Positions 12,974-27,167 of a DNA stretch of 64,000 bases are shown piece after piece (the stretch's first letter is position 1; each line of letters opens with the position of its first letter). Where the stretch lies: assembly GCF_009914755.1 (NCBI RefSeq), contig NC_060934.1; one strand, 5' to 3'. The position numbers were made by a program, and so were the translations under genes. The notes below the pieces were generated by a model. That model worked only from the letters and a program-made list of their open reading frames with translations. It ran no database searches and had not been told where the DNA came from. Source of the DNA: the human T2T-CHM13v2.0 reference genome, Homo sapiens.

Positions 12974-13838
12974 CTATGAACAGGTAATTTTGAAAGAAAG
13001 AGAGAAAAGGGAAAAAATAAAGATAAGAATAGGAGTTAGTGCTTTTAACATTTTTCAAACAGCACATTACCTGCTGAGGACAAGAAATACACCTGGTATC
13101 CTAATCAAGAACTGTCCTTTCTAAAGAGTGCTCTTATTTAGACAGACATTTCTACAGACAGGCCCATGGAGCCCTGAATGCTCAGGAATCTTGACCAAAC
13201 AGCAAAGTTCTCTAATTGGAATGGCTACATTTGTGCTTTAAAAGAAAAATTCTGTGGAACGCTGCCTGGGGAAGAAGGGTTGGAGGAAGGATAGGGGAGA
13301 ACAGGGGGAGGATCACACATAGGGGAGGGCAGGAGGACCCAATGGCTGCACGCAAGATGGTGCAGTCAAGCTCTCTGTCAGACGTGCCTCTGTCACGTAG
13401 CCAGGCAGTGTCAGCTACTTCAAGTCCACTACCTGGATTATTTTTCTTGGTTATTCTTCGTAAGCATTTGGAATATAAAATCATCAATGAAAGGGGGAAG
13501 CCCAACTGTCTTGGGTCTCCAGAAAAATCAGTGACCAAGTGAAATTGGAACCTGGGATTCTATGGGCTCTTAGTATCACAGCCACATTTGCACTCACTTC
13601 TTTCAAAGTTTGTGTTCAGAAGATTATGACCTGACATGTAGTATAAGCATAAACAATTGCTCCTTTATAGCCTCCATTTATTTTTATCTTGTTAACATCG
13701 AGGTATTTCTGCAAGTTACCACAAATTCCTTTTGGAATGAGGTGAGGCACAGAAAAAAAAATCAAGGGTACTTACTCACTGAGTCCCTCCCTTCTCCTAA
13801 TCCCACTTTTCTATGCCTGCCACTAACACACTGTCATT

Positions 13839-13884
13839 CACACACACACACACAGACACGCACATGCACAGACATGCGCGCGCG

Positions 13885-13915
<31 letters not shown>

Positions 13916-13917
13916 AT
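13839..13917. repeat. Compound microsatellite (CA)n...(CG)8(CA)12
   Basis: read directly from sequence. Confidence 0.95.
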
Positions 13918-14533
13918 ATTTCTCAGTTAAGTGAATGACTCCTATCCCGCAGAACCACATAGGCTTCTGCTGAGCTTCTTTTATTCCTACCCAACTCAGG
14001 TTACTGGTATCAAAATAGATTTTTCAGCTCTGAAGACCCATTGCTAGGTGGAATTCCTTCATCCCTCTGTTTCATTGTGAACATCAACTAACATATAGAA
14101 CAGCTTAAAGAATTACAGAGTGAACACCCATATTCCCCCCACCTAGCTTCTACGGGGGCCACAAACTGTGACTGCTTGATCACACATCTGTCCAGCTATA
14201 TTTTCCTCTACTCAACCAGCAACGATCAATAATGTGATGCTTTTACATTCCGGGAAACTGGCCTTTCTTTCTGTGCATAATTGCAGCCTCTGAGTCCCCA
14301 TGGTCACTGGTAATGACAGCAAAAACAACTCTACACACCTCTTGGTGAGGCGTCCTATGTGGCAGGCACCGTGCCTATTGATCATTATCACTTCAATCCT
14401 AACATTCCTACTTCTGCCATTTTTTAGATGAGGAAACAAGGCACTGAGAGATTCAGTAATTTGTCAAAGTAGGCAGGTTAGCAGAATGGCAGGGCTGGAA
14501 CTTGAACTAGGCCATTGAGCACTACACGGATAG

Positions 14534-14746
<213 letters not shown>

Positions 14747-15524
14747 TGAGGAGGCAGTGGCTTGCACACCACAGGAACCAGAGGGAGCTCAGGGATGCTC
14801 CAGCTCCGTATACACCATCACTGCTGAGTGTTACTCACCATGAATACACCCCTAAGATAAGCGGCACCAGACACAGGAGTCAGAAATGGAAAAGAGGTGG
14901 GGACTCTGGTAGAATACCGCGACATCTCCACCTTAGAATAATAAAGTCCCCTGAGCAATACTATTGCTTCTGGCACTGGTAATCCCCTCGCAGAGCTGCC
15001 ACTTACTGAGCCTCACCTTGTACCCACCTGGGGCTAAGGGCTTTATATACCCTATTTCAGGGGACTGCCGAGGGTGGGGGTCAGAGCTCCCCCAGGACCC
15101 TCTTAATTCACTCTGGCCTGGATGTGGAGGTCAAATGCTTTTCCTCTTTACTTAGAGGAGATGGAAGAACCTGAGGGTAGCTTGCAAGGCTGTGGCACCA
15201 TATGCCAATTTAAATAAATGTGAGTTGATCTAAACTGGCTTATAATTTTGAATTTCCTAATTAAAAATAAATATGTCCCTTTTCTAAATTTCCTATTCAT
15301 TATCCACCCTCTTCCCTTTGGTTGCATTTTCTGATTTTGCCCTTCAGTTTAATGCTATGTTTCCTCTTTTTTGTATAACTTCAACAGCAAAAACATCCAT
15401 GAATAGATGTCCTTTATCTTTGCTGACCAACAGCTGTGGTGACTGAGGTCTCTTTTGAAGGTATGGTGTCTGAAGCCCCTCCCACCTTGGTTTGGGGCTA
15501 CCACACCTCCTTAAGCATTGGAGA

Positions 15525-15918
15525 TCAGTAAACTAAATTGGGCTTGAGGCTGCATCCATACTTTGAGTTCCTATTCTTCTGCAACCTAACTATGTAAACA
15601 AAGTACAATCTAAGAGTATGCTCTTATAACAAGTAGCTGAGTCTCAGCCAATCACAGCAGCCAAGCTTCAGCCAATCCCAGGCTGCCAACTGATCAGCCC
15701 ACATCTATATAAATGCCCAAATAGGCAACTGTGGAGCTGCAACCAATCCAGCTGTAGCTGTACTTGCTGTCTTTTGTTGTTTATAAATGCTGCCTGCCCA
15801 TGTTGCTGGGTGAAGCTCTCTGAACTGCCCCTGGTTCTAAGGGCTGCCTGAACATAAATCCTTCTATGCCTTAAATAAATCTGCTAAATTTAATTTGTCT
15901 AAAGTTTTTCTTTTAACA
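15525..15918 (+). mobile_element. Solo ERV1 LTR (MER57/MER51-like)
   Basis: 3' end aaatttaatttgtctaaagtttttcttttaaca; three CCAAT boxes, TATAAA and AATAAA. Confidence 0.75.
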
Positions 15919-15928
15919 GAGTGACTGA

Positions 15929-16294
<366 letters not shown>

Positions 16295-16494
16295 TAAGCC
16301 ATCTTCCTAAGTTCCTAATAACTTTGTTCTGTCATGACTCTTGACCATAACTGGCTGCCTGACCTCACATCTCTGCTCTACCTCACCAACAGTCAGATCT
16401 CACCCCACCCCAACCCCTCAGCCACCTCACTCTCTGGCCTTATTCCACCCATTATCACCGTTTTTTCCTGCTTCCTACCAGAATGATAAACTAG

Positions 16495-16922
<428 letters not shown>

Positions 16923-17589
16923 ACAACAGTGTTTTTAAGTGTATCATATCCATCAGATCTTCTAATGTTGAAGAGAGACCATTTGTTTCACTGTACAAAA
17001 GGGGAAACTGAAGACCAGAATGTCAAAGGCATTTGCCCAAGGTCACAGAGTACTTGCTCTGTCCAAGTGTACCAGAGAGGATGAGAGAAGCAGCCTTATC
17101 CCCTCAGCTGGTTGAGAAAGGTCCAATCAGGAATAGCAGCTGAGTACTTAACAAAACAAGTTAAGTTCAGAAGCTCAGCTCTGAGCAGCCTTGATTAACC
17201 CAGATTTTGGTTCAGGAAGAGCAAGCAAGAAGAGCTAGCACAGAGAATTCAGCCTCTGGCTAAGATGCAGAGCTGGCTGCTGAGTTTCAAGGGGATTCAA
17301 CAAAAACACACTCACTGGAAGAGTAAAGTGAGAGAACAGAGCAATCATCCTAGGGCCAACTGTTTCCAATTGTGCTAACGGGCAGGTTCCGGAGGCAGTG
17401 GACAGAGTCCTGGAGACTGGGATTCCCACCTGACTCCAACAAGGAATGTGGATCAGTAGAGGCAAACCCACTCTTGTTTAAAAACTTGCGAACAGTCTGT
17501 TTCTCTTGGCCTCAATTTCTTTCACTTGCAAAACTAATAGGCATGGGGAGATTGTACAAGAAACCCACCTGCAAATCTGTTATGTACAC

Positions 17590-18470
17590 AGACCCTTCTT
17601 TTGAGCTCCAGACACATACATTCAACCGCCTTCTAGACATCCACCTGAATGTTTCTCAGGCATCTTAAACTCAACGTGTCCCAAACCATCTTCCATCACA
17701 CAACCCAGAAAGCTCAGGAAATCGGTCCCCTTCTCTCTCTCTCCTTGCTCCTTAAGCCTAATCAGTCACCAAGTCCTGCTTCTTCCCTATCTTTGACACA
17801 GCTCACATTAATCCCTTTACTCTCCACCTCCCGCCTTATCATTGCTCACCTACAACTGTACAACAAACACGCATTGCTCCCCCAGTCTCCAGCCCTGATG
17901 CCCTCCAGTCATCTCTGTCTAGAAAAGATCTCATCATGTCATTCTACTGCTCATTTATTCGGTCAACAAATATTTACTGAGCATCTATTAAGTGTCAATC
18001 GCTCTCCTAGGTGAAGATTCAACAGGCAACAGAACGGACAAAAAGTTCCAGCCTCATAAAGCTTACATTCACCATTCAAAATAATTTAGTTATTTCAAGA
18101 AGAAGAAGAAGAAAAAAAACCTAACTGTTGTTAACTGTGGCTTTGCAGGAAGGAGTCTAGATAATCCTCTAGAAGTTTCATTTTATAGCCTTTTGTACTG
18201 CATGAAAAAAATTATATCTATACTGATATTGTTATTCACATTTTATTTGCACCTCCTCCATAAAGCTTAACCTTTCTTCCTCCACAAAACAATAGGTGCT
18301 CACTCCTCCCTCCTGGGCCCCATCATTGCATTTACCCCACTGGACTCTGGTTATTTACAAATCTGTCTCCCCTATTACACCTGGAACCCCTTGAGGGCAG
18401 AAAGTTTATCTTCTTAATCCTTGCATATCTGGTGCCTTGCATGGTTGTTCAATAAATATTAATGGAATAA
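17590..18470. mobile_element. L2 fragments (approximate boundaries)
   Basis: L2 motifs gagctccagac...cttaaactcaacgtgtcc, caacaaatatttactgagc, ttcaataaatatt. Confidence 0.6.
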
Positions 18471-18640
18471 ATGATTCTATAAAATTAAATGCCTACATGC
18501 ATACAGATTTCTGACACATTTGTAAAGTCCCGGAGGACCTCTACTGTTTCATATAGTTCTTCAGGTTATGATCTGTGTTTTGTTCTCAAATCAGATTAAG
18601 GGGAAAAAGCGTTTGCTAGTCTACCATCACCATATAGGGA

Positions 18641-18655
18641 AGAACAGCTTGTTCT
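18641..18655. promoter_or_regulatory. Perfect palindromic steroid-receptor element (GRE/ARE/PRE) AGAACAgctTGTTCT
   Basis: exact IR3 consensus AGAACAnnnTGTTCT. Confidence 0.6.
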
Positions 18656-18656
18656 T

Positions 18657-18675
18657 GAGTGCCACCTGCTGGTCA
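18657..18675 (-). promoter_or_regulatory. CTCF motif TGACCAGCAGGTGGCACTC
   Basis: matches the core CCASYAGRKGGCRS. Confidence 0.6.
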
Positions 18676-19587
18676 AATAGAGTAAAGCTCTTTGGTTAGG
18701 CAAAGAAGGTTAATCAATGCTGAAATACATTGAAATGAAAGTAATGAGTAGTTACCACTACTGATTTATAGATCTGAAATGCTAGGAAAATAAAGTACAA
18801 AACTGGACACACACTGTGATGTTAATTATAAAAAATATATATATTGAAGGCAAGGACTTGTAGTTGTATTGGATATTGGGACTATGGGTGAATTCCTCTC
18901 TGTTCCCAGTTCTTTTAATATTATCATATGTAATCAGTGTTAGTTAATAAAATTATCAATTGAAGTCTGTCCAATTTATTAAAGTGGACTTAAAACAACA
19001 CCATCACTTCTCCAGTTGCCACAAAACTGTGAACCTGGGCCACCTGTGACTCCTCCTCCTTCATTCTTTGGGTTAAGGTCAAGTCCTGCCAATGTTTCTG
19101 CCTACACATCATTCCTGTCCAACCAGTGAAAGGCACTAGGTTCAACTTACAAGCTGCCTGCCTCAGTGCTAACCAAGTTGGATTTCAGTTGATTAAGATT
19201 TACAGATCCATCCATTCATTGAGCAAACATTTACTGTATGCTTTCCTTTGTGTCAGGCACCCCATTTAGGCTGGTTCCTCACCAATTCCAGATATGAAAA
19301 AATCTTATTCATTTGGATAAACTGGGGGAAAACCAAGCCCGATTACTGAAAAATCCCCAAATGGTAGACTAGCAGGAGGAAAAAACTCATTTATTCCTGC
19401 CAAGTATTTCATGAGAGCTGAAAAACAGAGGCTTTGAAGACCTATTTTCAGTGATATAAATAAGAATTCTTGGTAAATTAACAGATTGAATATCTTCACG
19501 CACATTCACAGTGTCTGAAAACAATTTGCTCTTTTAGTCAGCTTACATTAGTACCCTCCAATCCTGCTAACCCAATATCATAAATAG

Positions 19588-19919
<332 letters not shown>

Positions 19920-20339
19920 TAAATTGTTTTTTAATAGCTTGAAAACATTAAACCTTAGTATATCTTCTGCTAACTTATTACAAAATTTTGAATCAGTATG
20001 GGGCAGATGAGAGTTTACTGCCAACCCTAGTCCCTTGGCCTAGAGCTTCACCGTTCCTAATCTGGATATGGCTCTGCCCTGAACCTGCTGAGGAACTATG
20101 GCATTACACTGCTTTGATGTGCCTATTTCCTCATCTATAAAATGGGGATTAAAAATAATGCCTCATCTTGGAATGTTCAGAGGATTAAATGAGGTAAGGT
20201 AGATAAAATACCAAGCACAGGACCTGGCACGTAGTAAATGCCTGATAAATTGTTAAAATGATGTTATTCGATACCTGTGCTCCTTTATCCTGACTGCCTG
20301 TGGTAGCATTTGCCACTTGGCCTTTTCATTTACTAACCT

Positions 20340-20341
<2 letters not shown>

Positions 20342-20401
<60 letters not shown>
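20342..20401. repeat. (TG)30 microsatellite
   Basis: pure 60-nt dinucleotide run. Confidence 0.97.
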
Positions 20402-20405
<4 letters not shown>

Positions 20406-21823
20406 GTCCCAAAACTATTAAGGGACTATATCTACATTCCTATTAGAATACAGAGCTTAGTGCCTTGGATCCAGTAGAGCTAGGGAATTCACTCTGCCAG
20501 CTGTCCCATGAAGCCCTTTCCGTCTTGTGCAGTTTAGGGGGATGGAGGTGAGGAGGTAAACGAGGAGAGCAGGCAGCAGGGTTAACACGGGCAGTCAGGA
20601 CTGCCAAAGTGACAAGCTGAGAATAAAGAGGTGGCCTGGGGGACCAAGGAGAGCTTGCTCGGAGCTGTGGCCTTGAGGACACCCTTTATCTGCAGGTAGC
20701 CTAGGGTCATCTGGTGGGCTTCATCTCTGAAGGCACATCCTAGGACCTAGAGGACCTGTGACTTATTGTCATTTTTAGAGCTGAAGGCCCGGCTCAATTG
20801 GAAGCTCTTTAAAAGGGAGTGAGCTGCAAAGCCAGAGTAGGAGACACGGGTTGTGATGCTACACCTGAGCCCTGACACCTGTCATATTGGCGACTGAGTC
20901 ACCAACCCCACAGTGAATGCAAGAGACTTTACACCAGTCCTTCTCCAAGGTGGGAACTGTCCCCTAAGGCAGTCCTTCTCTAGCTGCTGTCTTAATATGT
21001 CTTCTTAATTTCTTCTTATGCTCCTGGGTATATTAATCATGAAACACACATATTTATAGAAGAAAAATTAACATGATGGATCTAGCTAGAGCTTTTGATC
21101 ACTACCCTAAATAGATTAAATTTTTCCATTTTTCCACCAAAATACCCAAATCCCTGCTGACTTTCAAATGAAACTCTTCCTGTAAAGCACATTCTCCAGC
21201 AATGTAGGTAGGATATGTCCCAGAGACCACAATATCTGTCAAAAAAAAACCTTATACACTCAGCAACTCTGCTCATTGTGGATTTATCCAACCCTACTAG
21301 CATAGGTAATAGGTGTGTCTTCCCCTCATTGTCATATTTCAAAGAACAAGACACAGATGCGATGGTGACAAAATAAGAAAAGCTCCTACCAGAACAAGCT
21401 CCTTTCCTAAATTCACTGGGTGCCCCAGGCACTGTGAAGACTGGGGCCTTGCCCTTGAGGAGTTTATAATACACTAGCAATTATAAAAATACAAGAGTAT
21501 ATGTCAGGTATACAGCAACAGAAGTAAGGACCACAGAGGTACTAACGTGAGCCTGGGTACAGGAAGGCTCCACGAGGGCCTATCTATATAAGCTAAAATG
21601 TTTGCTATTTATCACATATAGAACAGGAGGTGAGGGTAGCACTGAACATTTTCAGCTGGGATAACAGCTTCACAGCAAAGTGCTGAGAAAGGCAATCTGC
21701 TATAGGATTCAGGATGGTTTGGCAGGGGAAGAGGCTGGTGGCACCCCACAAAGGAGTGGGGTATGCATGCATCATCCAGAGTCCTAAGAACTGACAGAGG
21801 AAAACAGATGCCCATCTATGTGA

Positions 21824-22151
<328 letters not shown>

Positions 22152-22210
22152 CCCTCCCACAATCTTTACACCAGATGTGGCCTGTCTCAGTCACACTCCC
22201 CTCCCCATAA

Positions 22211-22539
<329 letters not shown>

Positions 22540-22833
22540 TAAACTTAGACAAATAAACTCCCATTCTAAAGGTGAAGATGCTAAAATGGGGAAAACTTTA
22601 TAAAAGGTAATACAAATCATCACAAAATTAATTTGGAAGAGGAGGACAGAACAGAAGAAAAATAATTTGAAGACTATAATTAGATCACTTTTTATCACCA
22701 AACTGTACATCATTCAGAGCCATTAGGCTGATACAAACAAAACACACTCTGGGTCCAAAATATAAACTTCTCTCTTCCCATTTCTGACATTTAACATAGT
22801 AAGCAATGTAAACAAAATAAAATGGCAACTTAC

Positions 22834-22883
22834 TATCCAGGAGTCTCTGAAGAAATTTCCGGAGTAGGGCTGATGGCTGAGCT
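22834..22883 (-). CDS. SORBS1: SORBS1 exon SSAISPTPEISSETPG(Y), 50 nt, phase 0-2
   Basis: tgtacag|AGC TCA ... GGA TA|gtaagt. Confidence 0.94.
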
Positions 22884-24249
22884 CTGTACATGTCCAAAAA
22901 AGAAAAAAAAGAAGAAAAAAATAATGTAGATGATTTATTTTGACTCATATGTTTCAAGCCAAGAGGAAAAAGAGAGAGGTCAATTTCTTTTTCCTAGTTT
23001 AGACCAGGACCTCTGGAAGTCAGGGGGGCTGGAAGGAAAAGGTCTTCGGTGCTGGTGGAGGGTGGTGCTCTTTCTCTGGAAGGAGAATGTATGGGCAGGT
23101 GGGCTCTCCTACTCCTGGTCTTTTGCCTTCCAGTGGATGCAGCCAAGGCCCTCTGGGTGGGTCAGGAGAAGGCCTCCTGGCTCATACTCATCTTCTGTCA
23201 CAGGTCACTGGGCAATGGCCCACCGTGGGCCAACATGCTTTAGTGACATGGACAGCACATCCTCCACCAGCTTCTCCACAGCCCTCAGACCCCCCTCTGA
23301 GCCCAATGCAGAGCCCTTCATGCACCCCAAATGCCACATCCAGAGAGAGGGTCACCCAACACTTTAGGTCCAGCATGTACAAAAGCATACTTTAAAATAC
23401 CACACTGTATTTAGATAACTTGTGTATGCCTGCAAATTTAGGAGTGCAGAAATGGGGAGAAATGCAATTTCACCAACTACATTAATGATCACTTCAGCAT
23501 GAATAAGGGAATGCTTTATAAAATTACCAGGCACCACGCAAAAGGAAGAAAACAACCAAGAGCTACATGCAGAGAAAAAGCAACATAATTCTGTAGTTTA
23601 GGGTTTCTGTTGTCTTGGAGAGAAAAATGCAAATGCTTTGATATGCTTGTTTTTAAAAATAAGGGAGTAGTTGAATAAATCAATGCAAAGGTTAATTTTA
23701 AAGATACTTCTACCTTAAATAATGGCCTTATCTCTAATAATGACCATTTTAAGAAAAACTAGCTATTTGGAGAAGAGACATTTAAGGAAAGGACAGAAAG
23801 AAAAGGAAGAGATTGTGAAAGAGAGAAAAGGAAATGACAGGGAAGGAGAGGCAAACTCACCCACTAGCCCCCTGCCTGCTGAAACCTGTTGGGCTTGTAT
23901 GCTTTCATTTCTGAGGGCACCTCTGCTCTGGGATGAGGACTGTACCCCACGCCACCCCAATTATTCCTCAGAGAGCACACCCCTCTTACCTTCACATCCA
24001 TCCTCCAGCCCTTTTGGCTGCACTGTCTTGCCTGCCCATCCTCTCCTTCTTGAGTCTCCTATCTCTGAACACCTGTCCTGTCCAGTCTTCCACCTTGAAA
24101 AAACTTTGACCCTGTAGAGTCCTCTGGGAACACTCCCCTCCCTTCCTTCCTCCCACGGCCACATCTTTTCACTCAGTGCTGTACCTCTGCAGGCTCCAGA
24201 TTCTTTGCCATATACTCTAACTCCCAAGAACTACTCACCCAGCAACCTC

Positions 24250-25050
24250 CAAAGCCTTTGGAAACATCTTAGTCATCACATCCACTGACCTTCCTGGGAG
24301 TCCACCTTTCTGGACATCTGGGAAGATCTCATGCTTTCTCCTCTTGCTCCATCATTCGCTTTTCCCTCCGCCTCTGTGAACTCTCCTTTCTCTCCCTCTC
24401 CCCTTCTCCTGTTCCACATCACCCAACGTCCCCATGGGTAGTTCTTGGTTTCACATCCTTTCTCTCAACACAATCCCCTCTTCAGTCTTTCATCTACTCC
24501 CTAGTTGGGTATCTTCTTCTATCCCCAGGGCTTCAACCATCGCCTCTCCTCAGGTGACTCCAATCCCCATCTTAAGCCCATGCCTCTTCCAAGAACTCTA
24601 GTTTTAGAGTTCCAACTGCCTACCGGATATTACCTATATGACACCCAACCAACACCTCAAAGGTCAATTACCTAAAGCCAACTCCCTCACCTTGCCTCTG
24701 CCCTGATCTTCTTCCCAGCTGTCCTCTGTGACGTGCTCACATCCTCATTCTTCCATCTGCCTGGCCAAAACCTTAAGGTTGTCTTTGTCTTAATCCCATC
24801 CCCCAATTCTTTGCTCTTTACACCAGTTAATTAAACTATCCCACTGCAACATCCTCAGTGACCTGGCTTGCATCTGCCCTCCTCACTGCATGCTGGCACA
24901 CCCAGCAAGGGCTCTCACCACAGCCACAGTCACCATTCTCACTCCAGGGCTAGTTGTGATCTCTTCTCACCTGGGACCTTCAATTCCACAGTGGCTAATC
25001 TGGTTCCTTCACCCTAATTGGAAACTCAGCCCCTAACCCCACCCCACCTG
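24250..25050 (+). mobile_element. L2 fragment (approximate boundaries)
   Basis: pyrimidine-rich L2-like motifs (ggcttcaaccatcgcctctc...tccaactgcctac). Confidence 0.5.
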
Positions 25051-25436
25051 CCCCACCCATCACCTGTCTGCCTCACCCATGTGTGCAGTGCCTCTGGTGG
25101 CTCCTTCAAGTGCTGAGGGAGAGCTTGAGCCTAACCCCTGGCCCTGCTGGCTTCCTCATGCTCTGCTGTCTCTGGATCCCCAATTCCTAACACCCTCAAG
25201 CAACCTGCAGCTCCTTGGCTCCTGACTCTCTTACCCCAGACCAAATCCCCGGTCTCTTCACCCCTTCCCTGGTTTGAGTCTCTGCTGCTCTCATGACTTT
25301 TGTGCCCAAGTCACTGGGGCTGGAGATCTGTCTTGGTTCTGCTTAAGTGTGGCATGGGTCCATCAGCAGTTTCCACTTTTCCTGTCATGGTTTGTGGACC
25401 TTCCTGGCCTCCTCAGCTCCATATTCCTTTTGTATC

Positions 25437-25726
25437 TTTTTTTTTTTTTTTTCCTGAGACGGAGTCTCGCTCTGTCACCCAGGCTGGAGTGCAGAGGTGT
25501 GATCTCAGCTCTGCCTCCCGAATTCAAGCGATTCTCCTGCCTCAGCCTCCCAAATAGCTGGGAATACAGAGGCCTGCCACCATGCCTGGCTAATTTTTGT
25601 ATTTTTAGTAGAGACTGGGTTTCATCATGTTGGCCACGCTGGTCTTGAACTCCTGACCTCAAGTGATCCACTTGCCTCGGCCTCCCAAATTGCTGGGATT
25701 ACAGGCGTGAGCCACCGCGCCCGGCC
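25437..25726 (-). mobile_element. Alu (AluS-like)
   Basis: TSD tccttttgta. Confidence 0.93.
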
Positions 25727-26509
25727 TCCTTTTGTACCTTCTCTAAAGATACCTTTTCCTTTTAAGAGTCTCTTTTGTTTTGTCAGGGAGCCCTCCAGGC
25801 AGTTCTATGAACATTTGGTTTTTTCCTCCTTGGAAACCTACTTACCATGATGTCTTTCTCTCTCTCTCTTACTCTCTCTCGTATACCCTTTAATAAACCA
25901 CATTTTGACATAGCTCCCTTTAAAATATCATGGCAGACTCAGTTTCAAACACTTTTTTTGTGTGTCCAGGCCATCTGACCTCTGAGTGCATTTTTCATTG
26001 AGAACTTTCTGAACTTTAAAATGACAAACACTACTACTCTGAGAGCACCATGCACAGAAAGGGTACCCAAAGCACTGCTGCTGAGTTTTTGAAACTGATC
26101 TTTGAGGTTGGTATCTCCCAGGGCTGCAAAAAAGACATGGAAACTGCCAAAAATGGCTCCCTGAAAATTCAGAGAAGGCAGACAGAGGCAAAGGAAGGGA
26201 ACTTAAAAGGTCGCCCCTGGAAAGCAGAGGAAGAGAATAAGGTGGGAGAGTAGTTTCAATCAGCAGCCTCTCTGCATATATTTGAAGAATCCCCTTTAAG
26301 GAAGATGCCAAGCTCAAAAGAAAACCAAGCAAAAATGAACTGGGTAGGTGTGGGGGAAGGAGTCTAAAACAGTAGTCAGAAAGCCATGCAGCCTAAAATA
26401 GCCAGCATCACCATCCGTCACCTCAACTACATCAAAAACCATAGAACAAAGAAGAAAACAAAGCACAGCTTGAAAAGGAACTGATGGCATGAGAAAAACT
26501 AGGAAATAC

Positions 26510-26611
26510 CTGTGGCACGTTTGCACTGGGTGCTTTATTAAGCGTCTCCATTTTTTCTAAATCTGCCTCTAACTCTGTCTGGCAGAGGCTGAGATCTTTG
26601 TCTAGATTAGT
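26510..26611 (-). CDS. SORBS1: SORBS1 cassette exon TNLDKDLSLCQTELEADLEKMETLNKAPSANVPQ, 102 nt, phase 0-0
   Basis: gaaccag|ACT AAT ... CCA CAG|gtattt; in ORF 26432..26620. Confidence 0.93.
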
Positions 26612-27167
26612 CTGGTTCAAGAAAGAAAAGATGGGAAAGAAGGTTTTAGTTTAGAGGAAAGGGAGAAAGAATGGAAGGTTACGTTTGAAAAAAATGAATT
26701 TTTTTCTTAGTGTTATACTTTCATACGGCCAAGATAGCATGATTAAAACACAAGAGCTCACTGGAAATTAGTTGAAGACATGAAAACAGAGAATGTAACA
26801 TTAGGCATATAAAGCAGAAATCCTGAAGTCATCAGAGCTTCAAAAAGCTATTCTACTTGCTACGGAGAACTACAAAAACCTACCTTTAAGGAAATGCCTA
26901 TTTTCTCTTTTTTCAGAGTGTGGTGACAGTGACAAATACTATATGTCAGAAGAATACGTAATTGCTTTAAAAACCTCTAAACATTAGTATATGTCTTAGA
27001 GAATTTGTTACATAGTTTTATTACCTAACCAAAAAAAAAAAAGCATCAAGTTTTTTCAAAAGTGATTTAAGAAAACAAACAAACAAACAAACAAACCCAC
27101 AACACACTCACACTAACCAAGGCTAGAGAGCACACACAGTCCAACGGAGGAGGCACAGCGGAATTAC

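Noticed and set aside
20443-20823. GC-richer segment with an acceptor at 20823 and a 79-aa ORF
   Set aside because: The SORBS1-compatible frame stops after about 16 codons, there is no good donor, and the ORF is not reached in frame
22930-23395. Cluster of overlapping ORFs on both strands
   Set aside because: No convincing splice sites or recognisable peptide; explained by locally higher GC
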